From positions 40,486,001 through 40,550,000 of the forward strand of contig NC_045138.2 in assembly GCF_008831285.2 (NCBI RefSeq): a stretch of 64,000 bases of DNA, in the 5' to 3' direction. The position numbers were made by a program, and so were the translations under genes. The DNA is from Nymphaea colorata. Its lineage: Eukaryota. Under the pieces are notes generated by a model. The model made no database searches, was not told where the DNA came from, and was given only the letters and a program-made list of their open reading frames with translations. Of this stretch, positions 11,537 to 24,908 are shown in pieces (positions within the stretch are counted from its first letter, which is position 1; each line of letters begins with the position of its first letter).

Positions 11537-12414
11537 ACTAATTAATGGTTTTGGACAAGGATCCTATTAAGACCTGGTTATACCCGCAACTCATTTCTGA
11601 CTGTATACTGCAAAGGGAGTTGACACTAACGAGAATGAAACCACGGAGTAAAGCGATCGGCCGTAATGCCGAATTCCAACAAACTGAAGGTTACTTTTTC
11701 TTATATGGGAAAATTAATGTCTAATTACATGTTTTTCACATTTGCGAGAGAAAACCTACATATATGTCGAATTTCTATTATTTGAACAGAGACACTCCTA
11801 AGTGGACTGCAATTGATGGGTCACAAACCGATTCGGCTGAATCGATTTTAATTTGCAACACTCTTCTCGGCATGAGCATACCTAAGACATCCCCCCGTAA
11901 GGAACAAAGTTAATTTTCCAGGTACTTATTTGTATGATGGATTGGGAATTGCCTTGTTGCCATAGTTGCTAGGTAAAAAGCTAATTAACCAAATCGTCAC
12001 AAACATGATGAGGCGCCTTCATTTTAATTTATTATAGATGTGACCAATCATTTAATAATCTTTTTGCTTAATGGAAAACAAAATTAAAGGATCAAATATG
12101 TTGCAATCCTTTGATCGATGCATAACAACAAGGATGATGAGGTCGATTGGCATTAGCATAAGATTCAATTTCCTTCTTATAACATTTCATATTCGGATGC
12201 GTGTGCCTTAAGGGGAGTGAATTATAACACTCCAAAAATTTAGTCCCATATATATTGAAGATTATGAGGGAGGTGTTCAAGTATTTATAAATGAGATTGT
12301 TAAAGTAGTTGGTTGTTCTTATTCCTGCCATTTTTCAAGCTAAAACAAAAACTGCTAAGGAACAGGATGAGATTTGTTGAACCAAGGGCCTCAGCCAGGT
12401 GTGAAGTGGTCTGC

Positions 12415-12915
12415 TACATAAATTCTAATTGTAGAGGCTAGAATCAAGCAAGAATGAAGAGACCTCAATGGTAGTATCTCAATACTTAGCATGGAAAAAT
12501 TATGCAACATGAGTCGTGCCATGCTTATGGCATTATCAGCCAAAAACATACTGGAGAATGTGCAACCATATGCTCCTTTTGCGGATCATAAATTCTATTT
12601 GTAAAGACTAGAAGCAAGCAAGAACTAAGAGACCTCAACGATAGTATCTCAATACTTAACAGCAGGAAACTATGCACAATGGAATTGTGTCATGCTTATG
12701 CCATTATCAGCAAAAATAAGGTTGTTTTCATTGATGGTAGCTTGAAAGAACCTGATGTAAGAATTTGCATATTCGAGAAGGCGCAACCATATGGTCCTTT
12801 TTTGGATCATAAATTATCTTTCTCAAGACTAGCTGATAGTGTCATCTGGCCAGATTCTTCTTACGTTTGAAGCTTTCGTGAGAGTTTTGCCACAACAACA
12901 ATGAACAGAATTAAT
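12415..12915 (+). mobile_element. Degenerate Ty1/Copia gag fragments (paralog of 520-1015)
   Basis: Reads IVSQYLTAGNYAQWNCVMLMPLSAKNKVVFIDGSLKEPDV...CNHMVLFWIIN across frameshifts. Confidence 0.8.
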
Positions 12916-14699
12916 AAACTTTGGGGCCTGCCCACAGAATATAACTTTATATTCTAAAAGAACTTAATTAGTTCTTCAATGAGATGATATGATGAAGCAT
13001 AGACTTTAAGTGGTACAACGGCCAAAAATTTTGTCCGTGGTTATTTGTGGGACCTATTTGAAATCTGTCGAACCTATTTGAAAACTGCAACCGAGAGTGC
13101 GGATAATCCATCCATGCATCAAGTTGAGCGAACGACTACTGCACGGCGAGGATATATATCCGCGCCCTATGGTGTTGTCCCCACTAAACAAACGCTTCCT
13201 AAACAACACTAGGGAATTGTCCTGAATGGGTTTGGTGCACTTGCTCTGGGCCGTGGCTAGTAAGTGGTCAGTTCATTGATTTGAGGAACATCATCATCAA
13301 TTCATCAAGTGCCGACACTCAGTAGTGCAGTCTCGTATTGGCTGAAATGGGCTGTTGCCCACACTAGCCCTCAACTTTTTTCTTGTTTGCATATAAGTGC
13401 TTTCAGATATTTTTTTTTTATATATACCAATGCCCCTTAAGGAATGAGAATTAGTGCAAAGTAACCTCAACCAAAAAAAAAAAAAAAAGGTTCTGGCTCC
13501 CCCACTGCCTACACTATCTTTTTTAATCTTTCGCAAGGCAAAAGGAGGAAGACGGATGGAGACTTTGGCTTTCATCTAATCAAATGCATTCATGCTTATT
13601 CAGTGAATAGTACCATGAAATCAGTGTGCACTCACGCAAAAAATGTTGTCGAAATTAAAGAGGCAGCTTGCAAATATAATTGTGTTTCGACATTAATTTT
13701 GGTTTTATTATTTTCTTTGTTTCTCTTTGTCTATTTGTTCTTCAAGGCAGAAGACTAAAATAGATATTATTTGGATCAATTGGGGCTCCATTCACTCAGC
13801 TTCAAACGTGGATAGCTAGGGGCAGTTTGAAAGTCACTTCTCTCAATGGTCAATGGTGTCATCTGGAAAAACAGAAACGAATCTATGTCCACCACGCAAG
13901 GGCTAGTGGAATCCATCTGGAAAGAATCCAGCTTCAATCATCATGCTATTTGCTTGGTTTTCTATCAATGTTACTCTTGGCCCCATTAGAGATGTTCGAA
14001 TTAGCCATACCAAGATCCACTTGGCGGTCCACAAGAGGAGAATGTGGCCTTTGGCATCTACCACAGCGATGGTACTATCACATAATGGGGGGGGTAGAGT
14101 GCCAGCCTCGCCCGATATATGAGAACATTTGGCAGATCATCGACACCGCTATCTCCAGCGTGGCTGATAAATCGATGAAAATAGGCCTCTTCATTGGGCC
14201 GAGAGAGTGGGGATTACATGTGAAGAGGAGCATGAATCAGCCAAGCAGTCTCACTCACACTTCCGCCATTGTGTTCTGCTGTAGGAATCAATTTTTCCTA
14301 TCAAACTCAAACCCTGCTTTAGAGATCATCTTGCTTTTGTTAAAACCCTGTCAACCAGGTACAGTGTTGAAATGGGTCACTCTAACTAATTAGAGGTTAC
14401 CACTTTGTTTTGCACATTGTATAATAACCATTCTTCTTGATTCAATATATTGGGGTCTACCCCAGCTGGTTTGCAGCGGAAAATCATTCATAAATAGAGA
14501 AAAAAAAAAAAAACCCTTAACATAAAGATGGAAGGACATACTTTTTGTTGTTTAGATGCAAAAAAAATCGATGAAAAAGTGTTGGAATCACTAGTAATGT
14601 GCGGCATCTGCTGGTGGAAAGAGGTAGGAGAAATGAAAAGAGGGAAGAAGAAGAAAGGGGAAGAAGGGTTCTGGTGGACATAAAAAATCAGGGAAGCCT

Positions 14700-14991
14700 T
14701 CATCGACGGAGACGAAACGTCAGTAAAATTGTTACTTAAAAATATCGGTAAGGTTATTGCGAAAACATTTATCAATGCATGGAAGACATCGGTAAAACGA
14801 TTGTTACTGACGTTCAAGAATAATACGTCAATGAAATGAGAACTTACATTGATGCAAAAATGGATATCGGTAATGTGTTGTCGGGAAACACTTGCACATT
14901 TACCGACATAACCTTTTAAACGTTGGTAAAAATTGACCTTCATCGATGTCTATTTTTCCACTTATAGGTAAATCTATGTTCTTGTTTAGTG
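14700..14991. mobile_element. CACTA transposon end (subterminal repeats and terminus)
   Basis: ATCGGTAA / TTACCGAC-type subterminal repeats end in ...tcttgtttagtg at 14991, whose reverse complement is CACTAAACAAGA. Confidence 0.65.
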
Positions 14992-15704
14992 TCGGTGTGC
15001 TGTGACTTTATTTATTTAGACCCAGTTGTATGCATATATACACGTCCGTTGGGGCAAAATTTTATTTTTGGAAAAAAAAGAAATTATCAATTATAGTGTT
15101 TATGAATTGCATATATGCTGTCTAGATGTATTTACCATGGTTTGTGACGAACACCGTCAGAAACCTGCTCATATTGCCATATAACCTAATCATGTTTGTG
15201 ATAATCGTAGAAGAGAAAAGATGAACAAAAGGGCTTAGCTCCCAATAAGAGAACGAAAGATAGGGTGCTGTCAGTAAGTACTAAACCATTCAATTATGCT
15301 TGTCGTAGTTCGACTGCCACAAATTCACAGGTATTGGTTCTGAAATGATCTCCGTCTTAAAACAATATTCGTTTACGAGAAAACATGCAAAAGGGGGGAG
15401 AGAGAGGGAGAGAGAGAGAGAGAGAGAGTCAGACATACTGGATGGAGGCCGATTGGAGGAGTTCCCGCCCTTAGAGGCTTAGATACCCTCTCTTTCTACA
15501 CATAGTTACATGCACCGCTGTACACAGTGCACAAACTTTAGGTTATGACATCTGCCTCCATAGACCACTTTCATTGAGACTCTAACCCACTTCTAAGGGT
15601 AAGTGTCATGCAGAGAGACTTGGGGGATGCAAAAGTACACAGACCTTTGAATATAACTAGGTTCCTAGTGAACAAAAAGGCATTCAATGTCTTAACAAGA
15701 ATAT

Positions 15705-16507
15705 ACTATGCAACATGTCATGCTTATAGCATTATCAGCCAAAAACAAGATTGCTTTCATTGATGGTGGCTTGAAACAACCTAATGTAACATATTCACAA
15801 TTTGCATACTAAAAGAGGTGCAACCATGTGGTCATTTCATGCTCATGGTATTATCAGAAAAAAACAAAGTTCCTTTCATGGTGTCTCGAAACAAACTTGA
15901 TGTAAAGTCTTCATAATTTGCATACAGGAGAACGTGCAACAATAGTAGATAACATCAATAATTTGCATACTAGAGAGAACACGTGGCGTTCTCTATTATG
16001 CAAATTATGAAGACGTTATGTTATATCAGGTTGTTTCAAGCACCATCAATGAAAGAGACCTTATTTTTGTCTGATAATGCCACAAACGTGACAAGACTCC
16101 GTGTAGCATAATTTTCCCCCCTGTTAAGTGTTGGGATACTAGCATCATACCTGGTTGTCAAAAGGATGAAAGGAAGAATTGGGTTTTTGAGGAATTTGTT
16201 GCGCTGTATTCATCAGATCAAGTATTCGATCCAGCAACTGTGTTTGAACAATTGGAACTAAAAGCTGAGCTTGATGCAGCTATTGAAGTGACTCTGATAC
16301 CGTGTAAAGCCCAAAGCATTGCAATAGGATTTCACCCAAAGAAACGCAAAGAGACGGGACAGAAAGACAAACAGGGAAGAGACAGAGAGCATGGAGAGCA
16401 AAAAACGCTTAATCAATTTCATTACTCTGAAGAAGGCTTATTTATACCCTTTACAAAAGAATCTGTTAAAAGGCCACAACCAATTCTGATACGCATCACC
16501 ATCTCTG
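15705..16507. mobile_element. Copia gag fragments (+) fused in inverted orientation to a truncated LTR-PBS-gag (-)
   Basis: Plus-strand gag pieces lie at 15705-15980 and the minus-strand gag at 15986-16190. A PBS-like site is at 16291-16302, and the LTR end tgtaaagc starts at 16303 and is truncated at ~16507. This is the paralog of 2165-2770. Confidence 0.75.
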
Positions 16508-19247
16508 TTAAAAAGCATGTAATGGGTTTCCTGAAAATCATGATTCTTGAGCACACATAATTGATACTCCCGTGAAGCTAATATTTTTTCCTTTGGACAC
16601 TCGCACTCATTACTCTTTTCTCCTTAAAGTAGATTTGCTAGTTTCTCAATATGCATGTTTTTTCTATGTGGACCCATTCTTTTTGTCCTGAACTTTCATA
16701 AAATATGAAGGTTAGTGCAAATTAATGACTTTTGAACAATAGTTGGTTAATGACTTTTGAACAACACTTATTGTCACCACACCTCTCAAGTGGGAGGTAA
16801 GGATTGCGAGATACCCAATTGAGGCAGGGCCTCTTCAAAGGAAAAAAACAGGCATACCCAATTGAAGATACTTCATTAAATTAGCTTTAAGACAAACTCT
16901 TGGATAAGGCATCTGCTAACTATCTAAACTTCTGCTGTATGGAGTGCATTTTTTTTTTCTTCGAATCTTCTCCTTTGTATAATCATATTTGGTCTCAACG
17001 TCCATTCCTCGTGAAACATTGACGACGATGTACATAACAACTTGATCGTCACAAAGCACAGGAACTACATTAATTTAATATAGCCAAGTTTTCAAAAAGG
17101 CCATTGCACAGATTACTCATAAGCAGTTGTAATCTTTCACTTTCCCATCGTCCCTGCAGGAAACAAGTATACCATCAGCACAGCAAACGGCAAAGGAAAG
17201 AACATCTTGGCCCTCAATTTTGGGGATGGCCCGCCTCTTCCAAGTTTCGAAGCTTTCGTAAGAGTTTTTACACAACAGCAATGAAAGGAATAAGCGAGAT
17301 CAGATCGCCTTGTGGAAGAATCACCCGAAATCAAGTGCTAGACGCGTAAAATGTTCTCTAAGCGATTGTTTAGGACGGGAAGATAAGTAGTTGAGGCTGA
17401 AATGATCTCTAATGGCAGTCGATATTAGTTGGCCTTTTTCAGTAGTGGCAGTGGTCGAATTGCATGGCCGGGAACTTCCCTTCGGTTCCTTATATTAAGA
17501 CACAATGAAATGCTTTAAAAAATGACCTTTTTTGAGACGTAATGTAGTGGCTTGCAACGGGTCGAACCCACAAAACAAAACTCACTCAATTTTTTTGCAA
17601 CTGGCCAGGACTACCTACTTGTTTGGTACTGATCATTGTTCTTGTACATAGGTTTTTGGTTGTACGTAGTTCTTAATAAAATTTGGGTCATGCCCTTAGA
17701 ATATATCTTTCCATTCTAAAAGATCTTCAGTTTTTGATCCCCGGGAATTCCAAATCTTGGATATATTTTTTCTTCAACTATCTATAAAAAAAAATTAGAT
17801 GACACGATGAAGCATTGAATTTTAGTGGTATTTCTATCATGTCTATCTTAGCCCACTTATTTTCTCCATCGACAATGCTTTGTAAAAGCGACAAAATCCA
17901 GCTGAGTCATTTAAAATCATGTTAAAAATCGCCTGTGATTGGAAAATTTTCCTTTTCTTTCAAGGGATTTTGTGAAAAAATTATGCTAAAAGTTCGGCGA
18001 TAATAAAAAAACATACCTGACCTTGTATTGTTGCAAAAGATACAAATAGATTTTGCACCGTTTATAAAAGACGGCCTTTTATGCGGTAATTAAACCTCCA
18101 AGTTTTCTTGAGATAAAAAGACAAAAACACCTTTGACACACATAAACGACCTTTTATATTAATTATTTACATTAGCTTCTTTGAACTACCAATAATTCTA
18201 ATGGATCAAGTTTAATGACATTTAAGTGATGTGAGTACCTATACCACTTGAACCAATGGCCGGTTGCCTACCACCCACTGTTCCTTTACTTTAATACTAC
18301 TAATGGATTGGGTATATTGCTCCTAATGTGGAAGGTTGAATTTTCTTGTAATTTTCATTTTAAATTGTACATTGATATGATTTGTATTGTATTTTCATTT
18401 AAATTGCCCATTTTTCAGTTAAATTAAAAGGAAATCACAGTTTAAAACTTAATTCTTGAAGTCTTCCTCGGTGACAGCTTCTTACTATGAATGCATGTCT
18501 GCAGTACCTAGAAAGGAACAGTTCATATTACCTAATGCAGTTTGTGAAACCTATTTTCTTTTCCAATAACCATGAACAACTTCAGTTCCACACGGGTCGA
18601 GACTTCGTTGTGGTGTACTTGTAGTCTCCTCTTGACCGCGGCAAGAGTTTTGAGGTGAAGTCCTCTTCGAAGATTCACGTACATGTTAATAAGCACATGA
18701 GACGAGGATGATATCAACAGTTAATAGGGTAAAGCAAGAGAACAAAATGAGAAGGACATGCCAAGAGGGAAAAAGCTTACAACACTAATATTGTGGTTTT
18801 GGAGAACATGTTCTCTTACAATAAGTATCTCAAGAGACATGGAAGCAAATGTAGTTTTAAATCGAATAATAATGCTGAATATGATAATATGATAGTTCTT
18901 AGAACAAGAACCCTGTATTTTTTGTCCAAACGATGATTTAACAATGTGTGTTCTAAAATAACAATATTCATCTTATCAAACGCCCTTATAAAGTTGCATT
19001 TCACATGACACATCCAAGGGTGAAAAAGCTTAACAACATTGAGACTGAAAGAGCAAACACCAACCTAGTTGCCAGTCCTACAAAAACAAGTAACTAACGA
19101 CTGGCTTATTTTACAGAACCATGCACCTCATCAACAGGGTAATGGGGGAGGACAAGGAGACATACACTCACTTGCCTACTGTTATTACATATATGGCAAA
19201 ACATGTTCCTTATTCGATGAAATGCTGTTGGAGAAGGTAGGTAGGGC

Positions 19248-21232
19248 CTAAGAGAAGTCGATGGGGTAGACAGGAGCCATGTTGGGATAGAATAGGCCAA
19301 AGTGATTCTCAGTGCCCTGTGGAGTCTTCTGGTTTCTCATTGAACAGGGCAAAGATGTACGTCTCGATGGACGTCCCTGACCTCTTGGGCGTCCCTTGTG
19401 CCACATGCCTCACGAGGTTCTGGTTATAGGTACGAGCCATCGTTCTCCCCACCGGACGGCCAGCCGCTTTCTGAAACCACGATGCGGACATGACCGGCCC
19501 CATACCTTTCCAAGGCGAAGTAGACGGAGTCAATCATGGCGTCGAACAGGTTCCTGTACCTCTGTTTCCACGTCAGAGTTGGCGGGTAGGGAAGGTTCTG
19601 CCGCATGTCCTAGGCGAAGTAGGGATAGACGTTCAGCATGAGAGGCGCCCCGGTGTCGACGATGAACTTGACCACGGGACGCATGAATTGACCGGCCGGG
19701 AGGTTAGGTCAACATAACGCTTACGGGAATCGAATTAGAGACCTGCTTTAGTACAGGCCCTTAACTCATCCAGCTACGCTATGTCCCTTGAGACGTGGTC
19801 ACCATGATCTTGCCTTGCAAACCCGTCAAAGATATTGCATCAAAGATATTGCATTTGGGCATCCGCTTCAGCAGCGCTGCCGAAGACTTCGTTACCGACG
19901 GTGATATACCGGAAGTCAACCTCCGGCAGGTAAGCCTTGATATCCTGCCCGACCCATCCGTAGGCCCGACCCATCCGTAGGCGAAGCCGAGATCCTCGGC
20001 GAGCCTTTTCAGGTCGCCGTTATTCACGCCCACGTTGACTTGGATGCCTGTATTCCTCAGCACATTGAGGACGCGGGCGTCCGGATCATACAGCCTCACC
20101 TTTCTAATGCCCGGGGACTGGATCAGTCTGATTGCGTCTTGTGGGGATGGCAGGTCGTTGCCGAGCAACCCGTAGCAAACTCCAACATCCTCGTTTCCTG
20201 CAATTTTATATGCAGACAAGCAGATCAGTCGGTGCCAAATCAACATCCTTCAATTCCGTCAGGATAGTGCTATTGAGAGTTGTTCTACACATCATTTGGT
20301 GAGATAAGAGAGTCCTCCCGCGTTCTAGCTCAGATTTAAAGAAATGCAAAAATGTTTATATTATAAGTTCTAAAAAGAACATGAAACTTAGTTGTTTTAG
20401 TCGAAAAGCTAATGATCAATCTACATGATGTTTATATCTTTATAAATAATCCCCTCCCTTTTTCTATCTTGTTTAACATCCTCATTGCAGAAAAGGTGGT
20501 GAGAACAAGTTACCGGTGCACTGAACTTTAGTGTGCCAGTATGGTTATGACAAATACCCCCATTCATACAGAAAAAAAAAAAGTTTTTTAGAAGATAAAA
20601 AAGAAAATCGCAAAAGGCAAAAAATTATAAGACATACCTTTTTAAAAAAATATAAAAATGTTCCCCTACTCTTACCTGGTATGTAGGTTGCGTGCCCACA
20701 ATGATGCACACAACTCAATCTAAGAGATTATCACCATATATACGCACTTTCTTGGTCTGACAGGTTGCTTAAATGTTGTCATGAAACGGCAATGAAACTC
20801 ATTTCTTAAGGCAAGGAAATAATTGGAAGAAATGTTATATAATGTTTGTGAAGTGGTTCTACTAATTAAGATATAAATCTAACCATAATATATATATATA
20901 TATGTGTGTGTGACACACCATCTATCTATTTGCTTACTTAGACGGTCCTAGTATGGCTGTGTGAAGAAAACATAAAATCCTCCCATCAATCTGGGCACCA
21001 ATTTCCAAACTAAGTGATAAGAACAAGTGAAGCAAAATATCCTAATTTCTAAATGTGAAAACCCAACAGAGAAACAGCCCAAATTAAGGAGTTCGTTCAA
21101 ATGGAATAGAGAAAAAAAACACCCATGAACTAGAGAGAGAAAGAGATCATTTCCACTTGTACCAGCTATCTTTGTAATTCTAGATCCCCCCAAGGAAACA
21201 AGCCATATCATGTATATCGAGAAGATATGCAT
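19248..21232 (-). pseudogene. Glucan endo-1,3-beta-glucosidase (GH17, PR-2 type) pseudogene
   Basis: Exon 2 (20197-19248) carries GH17 motifs [97 protein letters not shown] and ENHFGLFYPNMAPVYPIDFS*. They are split over several frames by a 17-nt tandem duplication (19947-19980), a 54-nt insertion, deletions and in-frame stops. A probable signal-peptide exon 1 (~21232-21163) ends ITKIAG at a phase-1 GT donor, compatible with the acceptor at 20198. Confidence 0.9.
19722..19775 (-). mobile_element. 54-nt tRNA-like / SINE-head insertion inside the glucanase pseudogene
   Basis: AGCTGGATGAGTTAAGGGCCTGTACTAAAGCAGGTCTCTAATTCGATTCCCGTA has an A-box-like start, a CCTG/CAGG stem and a B-box-like TTCGATTCC. 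It is flanked by a 5-nt direct repeat (acgct at 19717-19721 and 19776-19780). Confidence 0.45.
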
Positions 21233-24136
21233 GACTTAGGTTCACCACCTAATACCATTGCAGCTCTGGACCCTAGGAGTGAGGGATTGGAAGGGGACTT
21301 CAGCTTTCGCTTGGAAAATTGATTAATCCTCTTGCTCACCCAAAGAGCCTTAAGTAGGTTGTGGCCACGTTAAATTTCCTGGAAGACCAAATCCACAAAT
21401 ATATTCAATTCTGTGAGTAGGTAAAATTTTAACATATTGTCATAGACGACTTGGCGTTGTCTGCCCATGTAGGATTGATCAGCCCAATCATATTTTTGTG
21501 TCGTGGTCTATGACTTCCAAATTAGGCTAATCAGGCACATTTAGATCTGCCAAACCCATGCAAGTGCATCATTTTGAAACACTAATTAAGTTGCTAATTG
21601 CTTATACGTATGCATAATTGGCACCACCTACGTACCTTCGTATGGCATCTTTTAAGTCTATCTTCCAAAATCAACTTGGATGAAGCCAACGATTATGTGC
21701 TCGTTGCTTCAAAAATAGTTTTTTTTTTTTTTTAGTTTAGAGTTTTGGGTGAGTGCGGCAAAGAGCTAAAGTTTGAGTCAAAAAAAAAATTTGTTGGAGA
21801 GAGCTTATGTTTAAAAACATTTATATCTGGGGGGATACTTCTATATATTAAAATAAATATCAAATTTCTTAATATAAAACTAAACGAATTTTAAAGAGTT
21901 CGTGCAGGGAACTGCCTACTCCGGCCCACATGTGGCTATGCCACTGGTTTATCTGCGTTTGTTTGAGATAGTAGCAGAGAGAGAGAGTAAACAATTTCAG
22001 CAGTTTCACAGACCCTTGGCATTTTTTTGTGATGTTGACAAATGTATGTTCAGTTTAGTTGCGACGAGGTTTTAGCCAAGAGACATGTATAACTAGACTC
22101 AATTCAAAAAAGTAGTGAAAAATAAGAGGGAGCGCTAACTGGGTGGTTCTAAAGCTTGAACACCATTTGTGCATAGAAAACTTTTATATGAATGGCTGAA
22201 TGAAATACAAAAGAAATCTAAAAACACATGAACGATTGAATCAGTATGTCCCTCACACAAAAATGAGATCGAAATGAACGAGGCATTTTGGTTTTATTAA
22301 TTTCTTTATTTCTCTTTTATCTATTTGGTCTTAAGTCTAAGAGTAAAACAGATTTTATTTGCACCATTCGGCCTTCGATCATGATAAACACTGCTCGTTG
22401 CACGCCACGTCCAACTCTCTAATGGAAGAGTGCAATGGCATCTGGTTGTGAAAGCACAAGGAAACGGCTTCATTTGTATACGATGGCACGGTTGTAAATG
22501 ATAGTGTCACATTTTCATTTAAGGCCACAACTTTGGAGAATTTCAGAAACAGGACCTTGTTTGTGTGAGCTTAAGGCGTGCTTTCCTTTAACATGGGAAG
22601 AAAACATGCTCCTACGCCTTATCAGGGGAGTATTTTCATCATTTAAAAGAAGAAAATCTTTTAAATTCCATTTTAGCCTTTATAGATGGTGGGTCTTCTA
22701 TTTAACTAATAAAAACATTTTGGTCATTTGTAATCCATAACATGAGACCTCTTGTTTCGTATAACTTGGTTCGGCGTAAGCCTTATTTATTTAGAGGGTT
22801 GTGGATGCATTTTTTATATTTTTGGAAAACAATGGGCAAGTTCTACCCAGATGGGTCTCCTTTCCAAACTTAAAAGTTTTATTTCATTATTTTGAGCCCT
22901 AACCTAACGTGCTTGGTCCCTAACACACGCTCCGGTGTTCGGCTATATTAAAATAAAAGTATTTTGAATTTTCTGAAACAAGTTTCAGTTTCATTTTTGT
23001 CTTTTGAACTTTTTTTTTTTCCCAACTTCAAGAGTAGTTTAGTCATTTTAAGCTCTTAATACACACTCTCATATTAGGGGCCTTTCTTTTTTATGAGAAT
23101 AATACCCATGGATTTAAAATTCTCAATACTTTTTGAAGTGTGGATTGGTGAATACCTTCTTCTCTTTTTCCATGTTGCTTCCTTCCTCTGGGAGAAAGAA
23201 AGGTACTAATGTAATTTAATTATTTACTGAATGTAGAAGTAGAACTTGAGTTAAAAATTAAGAAGATCAATATGGCCAATGACAAATATGGGTTTCTTTT
23301 TTTTTTTAGGGTGCAGACAATTTAATTTATGGTCTAAAGGATGAGCGCACTGAACTACAGACTTTGAACTTTGGACCTCTTTGAAGTGGACCGCATTGCC
23401 GCGCTAACGGGTCCCTTTTCAAAAATTTAAAAATGAATAATATGGGCTTTTCCAAAACTACGAAGGACGTACCTTAGCCCATGCACTTAACTTTATAGTT
23501 ATTAGCTGAAGTCTGACCCTATAACTATAAGAAAACTGAAGAAAGCTGTGACATTTAAAATCAAGTTAAAAATCGCCTGTAATTTGAACGTTTTCCTTTT
23601 CTTTCATGGGATTTTAAAAAGAAATATGCCTGAAAATTTGGCCACAGTAAAAAAAAAAAAAAAAAACTGGTTGTACTCATAAAAAATTTTCACCGTTTAT
23701 AAAAAGACGACCATTTTGTATATTAAACCTCCAAGCCTTTCTTGAGATAAAATGACAAAAACACCTTTAACACACACAAACGACGTTTTATATTAATTAT
23801 TTATATTAGCTTCTTTGAATCACCAACAATTCTATTCATTGATCAAGTTTAGCTACATTTAAATTAATTTTTTTTTATTGACATCAAAAGCAACTAGGTT
23901 ACAATTTTTCAGTTAATTCCAGAAAATTATGTTGCAAAGAAAGTTAAATATGTTCACAAAGTCAGCTATACCTACACTTGCATGTTATCTTTAGAGAAAA
24001 ATGAGTATCATCACATGTCCACCGTGGATAAAACTGAGAGGGCCTCTGTCTATATAAACCATAAGCATGCATTGGATCTATGGAGCAGAACAGCTCTACT
24101 ATAGAGAGAAAGAGAGAGGGAGAGCAAGAGAGAGAG

Positions 24137-24908
24137 ATGGCAGTGGCTTTTGTCAAAGTACCGAGCATCCAACCGGACGTGCTGAACTCCGGCCAGGTGA
24201 AGGCAGAGGACTGCCGGGAGCAGAAATAAAAGGTGATAGCTGCTTGCGGCAAGTACTTCCTGAAATGCAACCCACTTCCGGGGCCGCCGTCGCAAGGTGC
24301 TGCAGCAAGATCAAGGCCACTTTGCTTGTGCCAGTCGAACTCTCACTCCTGCGGACGAGGAGATCTTCAGTATGAAATTGGCTCTCAACGTTGTCCGCAA
24401 GTGTGGCCATCCCCTCCGCGGCGGCTCAACTCCTAAACTTCCCACTCACCTGGTTACTGGTTAGTAGTTAGTATGCAAGAGGTCTGACTTGGTCTCTTGT
24501 ACATGTACATGGGTCCGTCCGGTGACCAACCTATTCAGGTCTCCCTTCGGTGGAGACTCGCATCACTTTCAGGGTATTTTGGTCATTTAACACTCAAGAA
24601 TTTCGAACACTTGTCAATCTAGGCAATACCTGCAAGTAGATTAATTAATTCCTTAATTTACCTTTCATTTTTTGTTGAAGAAGAAGAAATTCCATTATCT
24701 GCCTGAGAGCGGAAACAAGATTTTCTTTTAAGGGCCGACAGTCCAACTTCTGGATTTGGGTAAGACTAAATTAAATTTAAATCCAAAAAATACATGGCGC
24801 AATTATAGTCAAGTTCAAAATTAAGTTCACCCGTCTTAGATAACTAACTACATGTGTCCAATGTTTGTTACGTTGTTGGGTTCAGGTTACATCCATCCCG
24901 AAGCTTAA
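24137..24908 (+). pseudogene. nsLTP pseudogene (paralog of 9900-11185)
   Basis: Starts MAVAFVKVPSI with the hydrophobic signal core deleted. There is an in-frame TAA at 24227-24229 and frameshifts after PGPPSQG, and the last Cys and splice donor are deleted. Exon 2 is still recognisable at 24886-24908 (GYIHPEA*). Confidence 0.85.

Noticed and set aside
520..16190. Recurrent short motifs as a CRISPR-like repeat-spacer array
   Set aside because: The context is eukaryotic, the repeats are degenerate and irregularly spaced, they translate as Copia gag, and there are no cas genes.
19827..19854. 14-nt direct repeat caaagatattgcat x2 as an inactivating duplication in the glucanase
   Set aside because: The region also fits the expected MQNIFDAIS-type coding sequence with a small deletion, so a duplication cannot be asserted.
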